This document shows, one piece after another, positions 10,277 through 19,621 of a stretch of 64,000 nucleotides of DNA. The position numbers and the translations under genes were made by a program. The notes under the pieces were generated by a model, which did no database searches, was not told where the DNA came from, and saw nothing but the letters and a program-made list of their open reading frames with translations. Position 1 is the stretch's first letter. Each line of letters starts with the position of its first letter. The DNA comes from Limisphaerales bacterium (GTDB lineage: Bacteria; Verrucomicrobiota; Verrucomicrobiia; Limisphaerales; SIBE01): NCBI GenBank assembly GCA_044225505.1, contig JBGAIN010000028.1:1-64000 (forward strand). The letters run 5' to 3'.

Positions 10277-11668
10277 ATGAAAGAACCCACATCTCATCTC
10301 ACGAGCCGCCGCGAATTCCTGGTCAATACCGGGAAAATCGCCGCGGTTTCTGCGCTCGCAGGAGTCGCCATTCCACACGTTCATGCCGCTGGTGATGAAA
10401 CCATCCAAGTGGCCTTGGTCGGCTGCGGTGGGCGAGGCACGGGCGCTGCTGAAAACGCACTTTCCGTTAAACGCGGGCCGATGAAGCTCGTGGCAATGGC
10501 TGACGTCTTTGAAAACCGTCTCAACAGCAGCTACAACGGGCTGAAGCAAAAGGCTGGTGACAAAGTCGACGTTTCGGATGACCGCAAGTTCGTCGGTTTC
10601 GATGGTTACAAGAAAGCCATGGATTGTTTGAAGCCTGGCGATATTGCCATCTTCGCAACGCCGCCGGGATTTCGTTGGGTTCATTTCACCTATGCTATCG
10701 CCAAAGGGCTCAATGTGTTCATGGAAAAGCCGGTGACGGTGGACGGCCCGAGCACACGTCGCATGATCAAACTGGCAGAAGAGGCTTCCGCCAAGAATTT
10801 GAAGGTGGGCGTTGGTCTCATGTCGCGACACAGCCGAGCGCTCCAGGAGCTGCATCATCGCATTCAAGACGGCGAGATCGGTGATATCATCTCCATGCGA
10901 GGCTACCGCATGCACGGCCCGGTCGGCTCGGCGTTTTCGACCAAGTGGCCAGGAACCCCGAGCGAGCTGCTCTGGCAGATCCAACGGTTCCATAGCTTCC
11001 TGTGGGCCAGCGGCGGCTGCTACAGCGATTTTTACATCCATATCATTGATCATCTGTGCTGGATGAAAAACGCTTGGCCCGTGCGCGCCCAAGCGGTCGG
11101 TGGGCGGCATCAGAAGGTCAACGGCGACGGCCTCCCCTACGTGGACCAGAACTTCGACACTTACTCCGTCGAATACATCTTTGAAGACGGCGCGCGCATG
11201 CTTTTTGACGGTCGTTGTATGACTGGCTGCAACGATCTTTATTCCAGTTATATCCATGGCAGCAAAGGCTCAGCCATCGCCTCGAAGAACGGGGACTGCG
11301 GTTTGCCTTCCAGCACGCATAAGGGCCAAAACCCGACCCGCGGCAACACCATTTGGACTTCGGACATTGCGAAGGATGAACGCGATCCATACACCAACGA
11401 GTGGAATGACCTGGTCAGCGCAATTCGGGATGACAAACCTTATAACGAAGCGAAGCGCGGTGCAGAAGGCAGCTTGGTCACCTCGATGGGACGCATGGCG
11501 GCGCATACCGGCCAGATGATTGAGTATGATGACATTCTCAACAGTAAGCACGAGTTCGCCCCAGACATCGATAAGCTGACGTTCGACGCCCCGGCTCCAT
11601 TGATCGCTGGATCGGACGGCAAATACCCGACGCCGATGCCGGGAATCAAGCGCGACCAGGAGTATTAA
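10277..11668 (+). CDS. Tat-exported Gfo/Idh/MocA family oxidoreductase
   Basis: SRREFL signal; ALVGCGGRGTGAA, ATPPGFR, FMEKPV. Confidence 0.93.
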   Translation: MKEPTSHLTSRREFLVNTGKIAAVSALAGVAIPHVHAAGDETIQVALVGCGGRGTGAAENALSVKRGPMKLVAMADVFENRLNSSYNGLKQKAGDKVDVSDDRKFVGFDGYKKAMDCLKPGDIAIFATPPGFRWVHFTYAIAKGLNVFMEKPVTVDGPSTRRMIKLAEEASAKNLKVGVGLMSRHSRALQELHHRIQDGEIGDIISMRGYRMHGPVGSAFSTKWPGTPSELLWQIQRFHSFLWASGGCYSDFYIHIIDHLCWMKNAWPVRAQAVGGRHQKVNGDGLPYVDQNFDTYSVEYIFEDGARMLFDGRCMTGCNDLYSSYIHGSKGSAIASKNGDCGLPSSTHKGQNPTRGNTIWTSDIAKDERDPYTNEWNDLVSAIRDDKPYNEAKRGAEGSLVTSMGRMAAHTGQMIEYDDILNSKHEFAPDIDKLTFDAPAPLIAGSDGKYPTPMPGIKRDQEY

Positions 11669-11696
11669 TCTCCCAAAGGCTTTGCTTTAATTCATC

Positions 11697-11722
11697 AGGG
11701 CGGGCTTAGAGCCCGCCCTTTT
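11697..11722 (+). terminator. Rho-independent terminator
   Basis: AGGGCGGGCT-tag-AGCCCGCCCT perfect stem followed by T-run, 28 nt after the oxidoreductase stop, between convergent genes. Confidence 0.8.
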
Positions 11723-11795
11723 CCGTTTCATCCGGGAAGCGACCATAGCGCACCGGCACGGCTCCCGCCCCCTACGGCGTTCCTCCTGTCCATGG

Positions 11796-12212
11796 TCAGG
11801 AAGCGGAGGTCGGTCTGGACTTGTTCTCAACGCCACCCGAGATCCCTTCAAAAAGTGGATTCTTTGCGAAGGCGTATTCCTCGACGATCCGCCCATTGAG
11901 CAGATGCTCTTGAAGGATTCTTTCTAATACCGCGGGGGTGCACGAGTGGTACCAAATGCCGTCGGGATAAACCACCGCAATAGGCCCATCACAGCAAACA
12001 CGGAGACAATTCACCTTCGACCGATAAATGATGCGGCACGGCTCAGCGAGCTGCAGCTCGCGTAAGCGCCGTTTCAGAAATCCCCACGATTCCAGACTTC
12101 GCTCTCGCGGACAGCACTTCGATTCCGTCGGGTCGGCGCAAAGCAGGATGTGGCGGACGTAGCGCGTTAGGTGCAACGTCTCAACCGCTTGATGAAGTTC
12201 GTCGGAGGGCAT
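11796..12212 (-). CDS. Thioredoxin-like [2Fe-2S] ferredoxin
   Basis: RHILLC...KCC, SKVNCLRVCCDGPIAVVYPDGIWY, ILQEHLLNGRIV. Confidence 0.9.
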   Translation of the reverse strand: MPSDELHQAVETLHLTRYVRHILLCADPTESKCCPRERSLESWGFLKRRLRELQLAEPCRIIYRSKVNCLRVCCDGPIAVVYPDGIWYHSCTPAVLERILQEHLLNGRIVEEYAFAKNPLFEGISGGVENKSRPTSAS

Positions 12213-12225
12213 AGGTGTCCGGGCG

Positions 12226-12942
12226 TTACGTTGCCTTCTCTCCGTAATGGATGCTCATGATGCCTCCAAGCAAATTCGCCACCTGCACCGATCGGCACGG
12301 GAGGCCCGCCATGAGGTGTGCTACTCCTTCCTGCGCCGGATAGTGCTCCAAGGACTCCAGGATATAACTATAGGCTGCGGAATCGCGACAAAACAGCCGG
12401 CCAAAGAGCGGCACCCAATGTCGCAAGTAGGCAAAGTACGCCTTCCTGAAAGGAAGCCAAGCGGGTTTGCCAAAATCGAGGATCAAGAGACGGCCGCCCG
12501 GCCTCGCCACCCGCCACATTTCTCGCATTCCCAATTCGAGGTCGGCCAGATTGCGTAACCCGTAACTCACCGAGACGATGTCAAACAATCCGTCTTTGAA
12601 TGGAAGATTGAGGGCGTCGCCTTGTACCCAGTGAACGTTTAGGAGCGGCGCCTCGGCCCGCGCCCGCGCCATCGCGAGCATCGGACCGTTAAAATCCAGT
12701 CCCACGACCGTTCGGCATTTCGCTCGAAATTGAAGAGCCAGGTCTCCCGTGCCGCAACAGAGATCCAGAACGCGATCGGAACTGCTGACGTGGGCCATTC
12801 GGATCAGCCGTCGCTTCCAATAACGATGCAACCCGAAGCTCTGCAGGTCGTTGATCAGGTCGTACCGGGCTGCGATCGTGGAGAAGAGATTCTGCACCTT
12901 GGCAGCTCTTTCCTGGCCTTTTTCGTAGTACCGATTCGCCAT
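12226..12942 (-). CDS. ubiE: Ubiquinone/menaquinone biosynthesis C-methyltransferase (UbiE/MenG)
   Basis: FSTIAARYDLINDLQSFGLHRYWK, VLDLCCGTGD, GDALNLPF, YGLRN, AYSYILES. Confidence 0.93.
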   Translation of the reverse strand: MANRYYEKGQERAAKVQNLFSTIAARYDLINDLQSFGLHRYWKRRLIRMAHVSSSDRVLDLCCGTGDLALQFRAKCRTVVGLDFNGPMLAMARARAEAPLLNVHWVQGDALNLPFKDGLFDIVSVSYGLRNLADLELGMREMWRVARPGGRLLILDFGKPAWLPFRKAYFAYLRHWVPLFGRLFCRDSAAYSYILESLEHYPAQEGVAHLMAGLPCRSVQVANLLGGIMSIHYGEKAT

Positions 12943-13090
12943 GTCGCTGCGGAGGTTAACATAAAGCCCTGGTTTCGCCAGACTGGTGGGGAATGCATAA
13001 GCGTTTCCAAGACCGCGAGGTTGGCCAGGATCTCGACCTCGCGCCGGCCACAGTCGCGAGCAGCACGAGCGCAGCGCCCGTCATTCGTAG

Positions 13091-13134
13091 ATAACACGGG
13101 TTTGACCCGGGTTTAACACGGATATAACTCGGAT
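13091..13134. repeat. Four degenerate 11-bp tandem repeats (array A1)
   Basis: ATAACACGGGT / TTGACCCGGGT / TTAACACGGAT / ATAACTCGGAT. Confidence 0.8.
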
Positions 13135-13136
13135 GG

Positions 13137-13180
13137 TTGCCCTGTTATTTGCCTGTAAATTCCTGGTGAGCTCCCTGTAA
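13137..13180. repeat. Four degenerate 11-bp tandem repeats (array A2)
   Basis: TTGCCCTGTTA / TTTGCCTGTAA / ATTCCTGGTGA / GCTCCCTGTAA. Confidence 0.75.
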
Positions 13181-13592
13181 TGAACGAAGAAACGAGTGAA
13201 GAACTCCCGAACTGATCTCCGGGACACCGCTTATGGCAAGCGCTGTACCCCCTGCCGAGTTCTTCCGCGAACCGGCCGCACTGCCACGCCTTCGGCCCGG
13301 TGCCAAAGTTCCACACGCGCTGTCTCGTCCCAGGACAAGGCGACAAACGGCGTCCAAGTCCCCCGGCACCAGCCGGTCTCTTTGGCGGGGCCATCAAGAT
13401 CCATTTCAACCATTTCGGAAAGGCCAAGACGAAGGAATCCAGGACTTGGCCCACAAAGTGCAGTTGCCTTGGTATTTGCGACCAGATAGGGTCATCGGAT
13501 TGCAGATCGAACTTGCCCGAAGTGACTTTCGGGCAGGCCAGATTTTTTGCGCCTCGGAGATTTCCGGGGCGACTAAGAGAGCTCGTTAAGCC

Positions 13593-14444
13593 ATGCCGGC
13601 AACTTTGACACCGAACGAAGAAGCGCAACTATCTCAAACAATTGAGATGTTTGAGGTTATCACGCAGTCCCAGCCGCTGGATTACCAGTCGCTGGAAATT
13701 CTGAAGGAAGCGTATTCCAAACTGGCGCGGCCCAAAGACGCCGTTCGAACGTCCAAGCGGATTGCCGAGGCTTACCTCTCGCTCGGGCAGCTTTCTTCCG
13801 CAATTCTCGAATATGAGAGTATTCTCCAACGCTTTCCGGACGATCCCGACGTCCAGAAAGCGCTGAGCGAAATCGAGAATAAAGCGAGCAATATTGCCGC
13901 TCCAAAGCCGACCTTCGAGCCAGAACAGAAGCCCCTCCCTGGCCGCACGTCAGGTTTGCCAAAGAAATCGGACAAGCGATCGGTCTCAGGTCCGATCGAA
14001 GATGGCAAATCGGTCATGCACAAAATCTACGTGGACGGCAAGATCATCTCGGCCGGGGATTTTGAACTCCACTGGCGCGTGCCGGATCTCCATGACACAC
14101 CAAAACAGCCGGTGGAGCCTTTCATTCAGATCTTGGCCGACCGCGGGCTGGTGCTCTTGGAAACCTCGCTCAAGCTCCTGGTGGAGAAGTCGCGACTGTG
14201 TTTCCTCCCGATTGAACGGTATGAAGTCGACGTCGAACTGGCGCGGGGTTTCCCGAGCGAATTGTGTCAGCGCTGGTGCGTCTTGCCTTTTGATCGTATG
14301 AGCAAGGCGATCCTGGTGGCGACCGCCAATCCTTTCAACCAACAGGTCGCCCAGGAGATCGCCGCCTTTACCCAAAACCGCGTTCTTTGGTATATCGCCT
14401 CCCCGGTAGAACTGACCAAGGTACTGCGCCGCGTTTTCCGCTAA
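13593..14444 (+). CDS. TPR-like plus GspE/MshE N-terminal-like domain protein (no ATPase domain)
   Basis: N-terminal TPR-like helices (AEAYLSLGQLSSAILEYESILQRFPDDP); C-terminal PSELCQRWCVLPFDR...ILVATANPF resembles the T2SSE N-terminal domain; 5 nt upstream of the PilB-like gene. Confidence 0.75.
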   Translation: MPATLTPNEEAQLSQTIEMFEVITQSQPLDYQSLEILKEAYSKLARPKDAVRTSKRIAEAYLSLGQLSSAILEYESILQRFPDDPDVQKALSEIENKASNIAAPKPTFEPEQKPLPGRTSGLPKKSDKRSVSGPIEDGKSVMHKIYVDGKIISAGDFELHWRVPDLHDTPKQPVEPFIQILADRGLVLLETSLKLLVEKSRLCFLPIERYEVDVELARGFPSELCQRWCVLPFDRMSKAILVATANPFNQQVAQEIAAFTQNRVLWYIASPVELTKVLRRVFR

Positions 14445-14449
14445 CTTCT

Positions 14450-16186
14450 ATGCCTCCCGTAAAGTCATTCGGAGAACGGATCGCTGACGCCCTCGTCGAA
14501 GATGGCTTGCTCACCACTAAGCAAGTCTCGGATCTCCTCGAACAGCAAAAGAAGGAAGGCACGCGCCTGTTGAAGTTGATCATGGAGAAATCCTATGTCA
14601 ACGAAGTGGATATGGCGGTGTCGATGGGCCGGGTCCTCAATACGCCACCCGTTAATCTCAGCCGCATTGGAATCCCTCCCGAGGTGGCGAACTTGCTCCC
14701 CCGCGAAGTCGTCCAGAACCATAAAGTGATCCCGGTCTCTCGGCTGGACGATCGCCTGTTTCTGGCCATGGCGGACCCGTTGAACGTCTTGGCTCTGGAC
14801 GACGTTCGGCGAATTACCAAGCTGGAAGTCTTCCCCATGATCGCCTCGGAGAAGGCGATCGTCGACAAGCTGGCCAATCTTGACACGAAGACGGGCAGCA
14901 TGGAGGACATTATCCAAGATGCTCAACGCCAAGCTGAGCTCGAAGCAGAAGCGGACCGTCTGGAAGTTTCCAAGGAAACGGTCGATGACGTGGACTTGGA
15001 CAAGCTCGCTGCCTCCACCGAAGAAGGGCCTGTCATCAAGCTCGCGAACCTGATTCTCGTCCAAGCGATCAAAGACCGCGCCAGCGATATCCATATCGAG
15101 CCGTTTGAGAAGATGGTGCGTCTCCGCTACCGAATCGACGGGGCTCTCGTTGACGCCACGCCGCCGCCGAAGAACCTGCAAGTGCCGCTCATTTCCCGCC
15201 TGAAGGTTATGAGCAATCTCAACATCGCCGAACGTCGGCTCCCTCAGGACGGCCGCATGCGCATGAAGGTCGCTGGGAAAGAAATTGATCTGCGTGTTTC
15301 GTTCCTTCCCACCGTCCATGGAGAGAAGTGCGTGCTCCGCGTTTTGGATAAGGGCAACCTCTCCACGAGCATCGAAAAATTGGGAATGGACGAGGACACT
15401 CTGGTCCGTTTCCGAGGTGCTGTCGCTGCGCCACACGGACTCATCCTGGTAACCGGTCCCACCGGCTCCGGCAAAACGACGACGCTCTACTCTGCTCTCG
15501 GCGAGCTGAACAGCCCCGACTACAATATCGTGACTGTTGAAGACCCGGTGGAATTTCAAATTCCCGGCATCAATCAGGTGCCGGTGAGCAAGGATATCGG
15601 ACTGACATTCGCCAATGCTCTTCGCTCGATCCTCCGCCAAGACCCGGATATCGTGATGATCGGAGAGATTCGAGACGAAGAAACGGCCGAGATCGCTGTG
15701 GAAGCGGCGCTGACCGGCCACCAGGTGCTGAGCACGATGCATTGCAACGACGCCGCCGGTGCGATCGCCCGTTTGGACGACATGGGGATCGCCCCCTTCC
15801 TGATCTCGTCATCCGTCATCTTATCCTGCGCTCAGCGTCTAATGCGACGCGTTTGTTCTGTCTGCAAAGAACCCGTCGTCTACCCGGCGCGCATGTTTCA
15901 GGACCTTGCCATCGATGCGTCGCTTTTCGAGGGCGTCCCCCTGGTCCGCGGGCGAGGATGCGAACGCTGCAAGAACTCCGGCTATGCTGGACGTATGGCG
16001 ATTATTGAAGCGATGACCATCACGGATGAGATCCGGCGCCTGGTAATCAGCCGCGCGAGCGCGATGGAGGTTGGCAAGGTTGCCGTCGAGCAAGGGATGA
16101 AAACGTTGCGCATGGTCGCTCTGGACAAAGCACGTGACGGTGCTACCACCTTGGAGCAGACCCTCGTGGTCACGTCCAGTTACTGA
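14450..16186 (+). CDS. pilB: Type IV pilus / type II secretion assembly ATPase (PilB/GspE family)
   Basis: RASDIHIEP, IAERRLPQDG, Walker A GPTGSGKTT, TVEDPVE, LRQDPDIVMIGEIRD, TGHQVLSTMH, Zn CSVC...CERC. Confidence 0.93.
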   Translation: MPPVKSFGERIADALVEDGLLTTKQVSDLLEQQKKEGTRLLKLIMEKSYVNEVDMAVSMGRVLNTPPVNLSRIGIPPEVANLLPREVVQNHKVIPVSRLDDRLFLAMADPLNVLALDDVRRITKLEVFPMIASEKAIVDKLANLDTKTGSMEDIIQDAQRQAELEAEADRLEVSKETVDDVDLDKLAASTEEGPVIKLANLILVQAIKDRASDIHIEPFEKMVRLRYRIDGALVDATPPPKNLQVPLISRLKVMSNLNIAERRLPQDGRMRMKVAGKEIDLRVSFLPTVHGEKCVLRVLDKGNLSTSIEKLGMDEDTLVRFRGAVAAPHGLILVTGPTGSGKTTTLYSALGELNSPDYNIVTVEDPVEFQIPGINQVPVSKDIGLTFANALRSILRQDPDIVMIGEIRDEETAEIAVEAALTGHQVLSTMHCNDAAGAIARLDDMGIAPFLISSSVILSCAQRLMRRVCSVCKEPVVYPARMFQDLAIDASLFEGVPLVRGRGCERCKNSGYAGRMAIIEAMTITDEIRRLVISRASAMEVGKVAVEQGMKTLRMVALDKARDGATTLEQTLVVTSSY

Positions 16187-16225
16187 GATCGACGTCTCCC
16201 CGCGCTTTTTGCCATTCTCGCCGCC

Positions 16226-17330
16226 ATGGTAGATCTCGAGACCGCCCAGCATCGGATCCTTTCTCTGATTGAGCCGTTACCTGGGAGTGCGGTGCGTAGA
16301 TGTCAGCACTGCTGCCGAACAAAAGCCGGTTTCCCTCCAATTAGTCGGGCGTGTAAAAGCGGGAGAAGTCTTCACCGGAACCCTGAAACCTGGCGAATGC
16401 GTGCGCATCTTCACCGGGTCTGCCTTGCCTCAAGGTGCGGACTCGGTGGTAATGCAGGAAGATGTCCGATGGGATGATGCCGACCCCGGATCTCCGAAAA
16501 TTCTGTGCTCGGTTCAACCGTGGGAAAACGTCCGATTGAAGGGAGAAGATATTCGTACCGGAGCCATGGCTGTCCCAGCGGGAGAGCGGCTCAAAGTCGG
16601 TCAACTCGCTCTCTTGGCCGCGCTCGGAGTGCGCGATGTCCTCCTCCGGCGCCGGCCCGTGGTCGGAATCCTAGCGACTGGAAACGAGCTCCGCGAGCCC
16701 TCGGAGAATCTTCGTCCTGGTGAAATCTACGAAAGTAACCGAATCATGCTCGCGGCCTTGGCTGCCCAAGCGGGTGCGAGCGCACGCCTTTATCCCCTCA
16801 TTCCGGACGATTTGCCAAAAACCGTGCAGGCGTTGTCTCTGGCCCTGAACGAATGCGACCTCCTTGTGACCACCGGCGGAGTCTCGGTTGGTGAAATGGA
16901 TTTCGTTAAAGCTGCCTACCAAGAGCTCGGAGGTTCTTTAGACTTTTGGCGAGTGGCCATGAAGCCGGGCAAACCCTTCGCCCTGGGGCAATCGCACGGC
17001 AAGCTCCTTTTTGGTCTTCCGGGAAACCCGGTGTCGGCGTTTGTAACCGGCATGCTGCTCCTTGTGCCCGCCTTGCTCAAATACCAGGGCGCCACGGTGC
17101 CCTTTCCTCCAAGTTTCCGAGCCGAACTCTCGACGGTCCTCTCAAATCCGAGTGACCGGCGGCATTTCGTGCGGGTGCGGTTGGCGCCTGCTGGAACGGT
17201 GGAAAGCGCCGGGGCCCAGTCTTCGCATCTCTTACACTCGCTGGCGGCCGCAGACGGGCTGGTCAATGTGCCGCCCAGGACGACACTCCCGCCCGGGGCT
17301 TGGGTCTCCGTGCTTGGATGGCTTGCCTGA
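16226..17330 (+). pseudogene. moeA: Molybdopterin molybdenumtransferase MoeA, frameshifted with an internal deletion near 16285 (possibly an assembly error)
   Basis: N-terminus MVDLETAQHRILSLIEPLPG in one frame; body (RIFTGSALPQGADSVVMQED, ATGNEL, IYESN, TTGGVSVG, MKPGKP, GLPGNPVS) in another; the DNSAMDGYA-type segment is absent. Confidence 0.85.
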
Positions 17331-17332
17331 GG

Positions 17333-18466
17333 TTAGAACTTTGGACGCGGGATTTCCAAAACACCCGGTTTCGGCTGAAAGGCCGGAGCCGAGACCGGCG
17401 TTGGTGTGGGGGTCGTAAAGCTTGCTGAAGGGGATCGATCGCGTCCCGAGGAAAAGAAGTCCGGCCTCGCGGAGATCGGCGCACTGCTTCCAAATGAAAA
17501 ACTGCCGCCGAAAGACCCCTCGCTCGACTGTGGCGGCGGAACGCTTGGTCGCCGAGCGGCAATCGGGTTCATCGGAGATCGGGTTGTATCCACAGAATCG
17601 TTGATGGGATCGGCGAATCGCGTGCCTGGGGCACTACGAAAATCCCATGTCCGGCGTAAATCATTAGCCGGCGAGTTTATTTCCCGGCCTGGACCGCTTG
17701 AGAGCGGCTGCCCAAGTGACTGGTCGCCAATCGATCGAGGCAGAATCGAATTCTGTTTGAACATTCCTCCCACCTGCGAAAGCGAATCGGATGGCGAACT
17801 CCAGTTAAATAGCTGAGCAGGATTCAATTCTTGGATCACTCCCCCGTGCTCCGCTTTGTCCGGTTCATCACTCCCGAGCGGCTTGCTAGGATCAAATTCG
17901 TTGCGGGTCCCCAAGGATTCGCGATTGGAGCCATCCCGAGAACCACGGCTTCCTTTCAGCGTGGACTTGCCTTCTTTGCCCGAATCGTAAAAGCGATCGA
18001 AAGCGCTTTTAGGTTTTTTGTCGAGCGAGTTCAACTCGTACTTCCGTACCCCGAAAATCTCTTTAATGGTTTCGTCACGTTCCAGATTGTTCGGCGAATC
18101 TAGCAACCAGTTCTTCTTACGGTCCAAACTCTCTTCCAATTTCGGATTTCTGAGCAAAACTGGCTGGTTAGCCTGTGGCATCACCGTGCCTCCTCCGGAT
18201 TCAGGCGATCCAATGCGTGAAGGAAGAAATCCCCCCGGCGTTCCGAGGATTTCTTTCTCCTTCGGCAGCTCAAGCTTCTCGTCCGATCCGGTAATCTTGA
18301 TCTTTTCGCCAGCGAGGGCCGTAAAACCGCTCCAAAACGCGAAAGCCATGCAAAAAGCGGCCCTTGCTATCCTAGCAGGACCTCGGCGAGGCAGGCGGCG
18401 CACGTTGACGACTCTCACGGCAAGGCAAAGTAAAGCATCCCGGAATTTTGTAAACAATTTCGGCAC
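17333..18466 (-). CDS. Hypothetical secreted Ser/Pro-rich protein
   Basis: 377-aa ORF; signal-like AAFCMAFAFWSGFTALA; low-complexity body; true start uncertain, possibly further downstream. Confidence 0.7.
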   Translation of the reverse strand: MPKLFTKFRDALLCLAVRVVNVRRLPRRGPARIARAAFCMAFAFWSGFTALAGEKIKITGSDEKLELPKEKEILGTPGGFLPSRIGSPESGGGTVMPQANQPVLLRNPKLEESLDRKKNWLLDSPNNLERDETIKEIFGVRKYELNSLDKKPKSAFDRFYDSGKEGKSTLKGSRGSRDGSNRESLGTRNEFDPSKPLGSDEPDKAEHGGVIQELNPAQLFNWSSPSDSLSQVGGMFKQNSILPRSIGDQSLGQPLSSGPGREINSPANDLRRTWDFRSAPGTRFADPINDSVDTTRSPMNPIAARRPSVPPPQSSEGSFGGSFSFGSSAPISARPDFFSSGRDRSPSASFTTPTPTPVSAPAFQPKPGVLEIPRPKF

Positions 18467-18518
18467 TGATCAGTGGACTGCAAAAGTCGAAGAGTGTTCA
18501 AAGTCACTCGCAGAAAGC

Positions 18519-18546
18519 TTGACAAACAGACTTTGCGTGACAAAGT
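18519..18546 (+). promoter_or_regulatory. Putative promoter overlapped by palindromic operator ACTTTG-N5-CAAAGT
   Basis: TTGACA at 18519; perfect 6-5-6 inverted repeat 18530-18546, 8 nt before ATG 18555. Confidence 0.65.
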
Positions 18547-18554
18547 GTGCAGGC

Positions 18555-19181
18555 ATGCAATCCAACTGGGCTGCTGAGCATCTCCTCGTTATCCGCACTC
18601 TCATGGAGCGCTCCGCTATCTACCGACGCGCGCTGGCTCCGATTGTGCTGTGCCTTGGGCTGTTAGGCCTTGCGGCCGCTGCGGCTGCCTGGTCACTCCG
18701 TTTCGACACCCCCAAGACGTTTGTTCGATACTGGAGTGTGGCAGGGTTAATTGGGATTTCTTCGAGCTACTTTATGGCTCGGCGCCAAGCGCTCCGGGAC
18801 GCCGAACCTTTCTGGTCCGCGCCCACCAGGCGAGTGACTCAGGCCTTGCTTCCGCCTTTGTTCGTCGGATTCGTTGCCAGCACATTGGCGGCTTTCTTCA
18901 CCGAGGAGAATGCCGTTACCTCTTGGTGGATTGTCCCCGTTTGGATGGTGCTCTACGGCTGTGCTGTGCACGCTGCGGGATTCTTCATGCCGAGAGGGAT
19001 TAAGCTGTTCGGGTGGGGCTTTGTTCTCATCGGATGCGCCACCGCGGCGCGCCTATGGACAGTCGGAATTCAGGGACAAGAGGCGGCGTTGAATCTGCTG
19101 ATGGGCGTCTCGTTTGGCGGACTGCACCTTGCCTATGGAGTTTATTTGCACTTTACAGAGAAAAGGGCCAATGGGTTGTGA
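18555..19181 (+). CDS. Integral membrane protein (about 6 TM), typical partner of the downstream winged-helix regulator
   Basis: MQSNWAAEHLLVIRTLMERS..., multiple hydrophobic segments, FGGLHLAYG. Confidence 0.85.
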   Translation: MQSNWAAEHLLVIRTLMERSAIYRRALAPIVLCLGLLGLAAAAAAWSLRFDTPKTFVRYWSVAGLIGISSSYFMARRQALRDAEPFWSAPTRRVTQALLPPLFVGFVASTLAAFFTEENAVTSWWIVPVWMVLYGCAVHAAGFFMPRGIKLFGWGFVLIGCATAARLWTVGIQGQEAALNLLMGVSFGGLHLAYGVYLHFTEKRANGL

Positions 19182-19489
19182 ACCCGGAACCGTTACTCCA
19201 ACTCGACCGCGTCATCCACGAGAAAGGGCGCTTGGCCATTATGTCGCTCCTGGCCGCGACCGCACAGCTCTCGTTTACTGAGTTGCGGGACACGTTGAAC
19301 CTGACGGACGGGAATCTGACGGCGCATATTCGCACGTTGCAGGAAGCTGGGTATGTGGCGGTCACGAAAACATTTCAGGGGAGTCGCTCGTTGACCACGT
19401 TCGCTTTGACCCAGGAAGGGACACGAGCATTTACGCACTACATCAACCTGCTCGAGCAGATTGTTCGACAGGCCAAGGGCGAGAGATGA
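19178..19489 (+). CDS. Winged-helix transcriptional regulator (HTH_34, MarR/ArsR-like)
   Basis: GTG start overlapping the upstream TGA; LDRVIHEKGRLAIMSLL, LSFTELRDTLNLTDGNLTAHIRTLQEAGYV. Confidence 0.92.
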   Translation: MNPEPLLQLDRVIHEKGRLAIMSLLAATAQLSFTELRDTLNLTDGNLTAHIRTLQEAGYVAVTKTFQGSRSLTTFALTQEGTRAFTHYINLLEQIVRQAKGER

Positions 19490-19621
19490 GCTCTTCAGAG
19501 TCAGCACTAAGAAGAGGCTCTAAGGACCGAAGCTTTGTTCGGCAAAGCCCGTTTTCATGGCCTCCTTACGCACCCAGCGCGACCAGGAGGCTCCCACGTC
19601 TTTCTCATTGGAACATAAACT

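Noticed and set aside
10223..11257. 344-aa minus-strand ORF (likewise 14465-15742, 52080-52943, 44182-44967 and many shorter ones)
   Set aside because: Antisense or alternate-frame shadows of well-supported genes, with no recognisable motifs
13091..13180. Repeat arrays as possible CRISPR or plasmid iterons
   Set aside because: Units are 11 bp, contiguous and degenerate, with no spacers and no cas or rep gene
13514..13535. Hairpin TGCCCGAA-N6-TTCGGGCA upstream of the TPR gene
   Set aside because: Single copy, no immediate U-tract and no upstream gene on this strand; no function can be assigned
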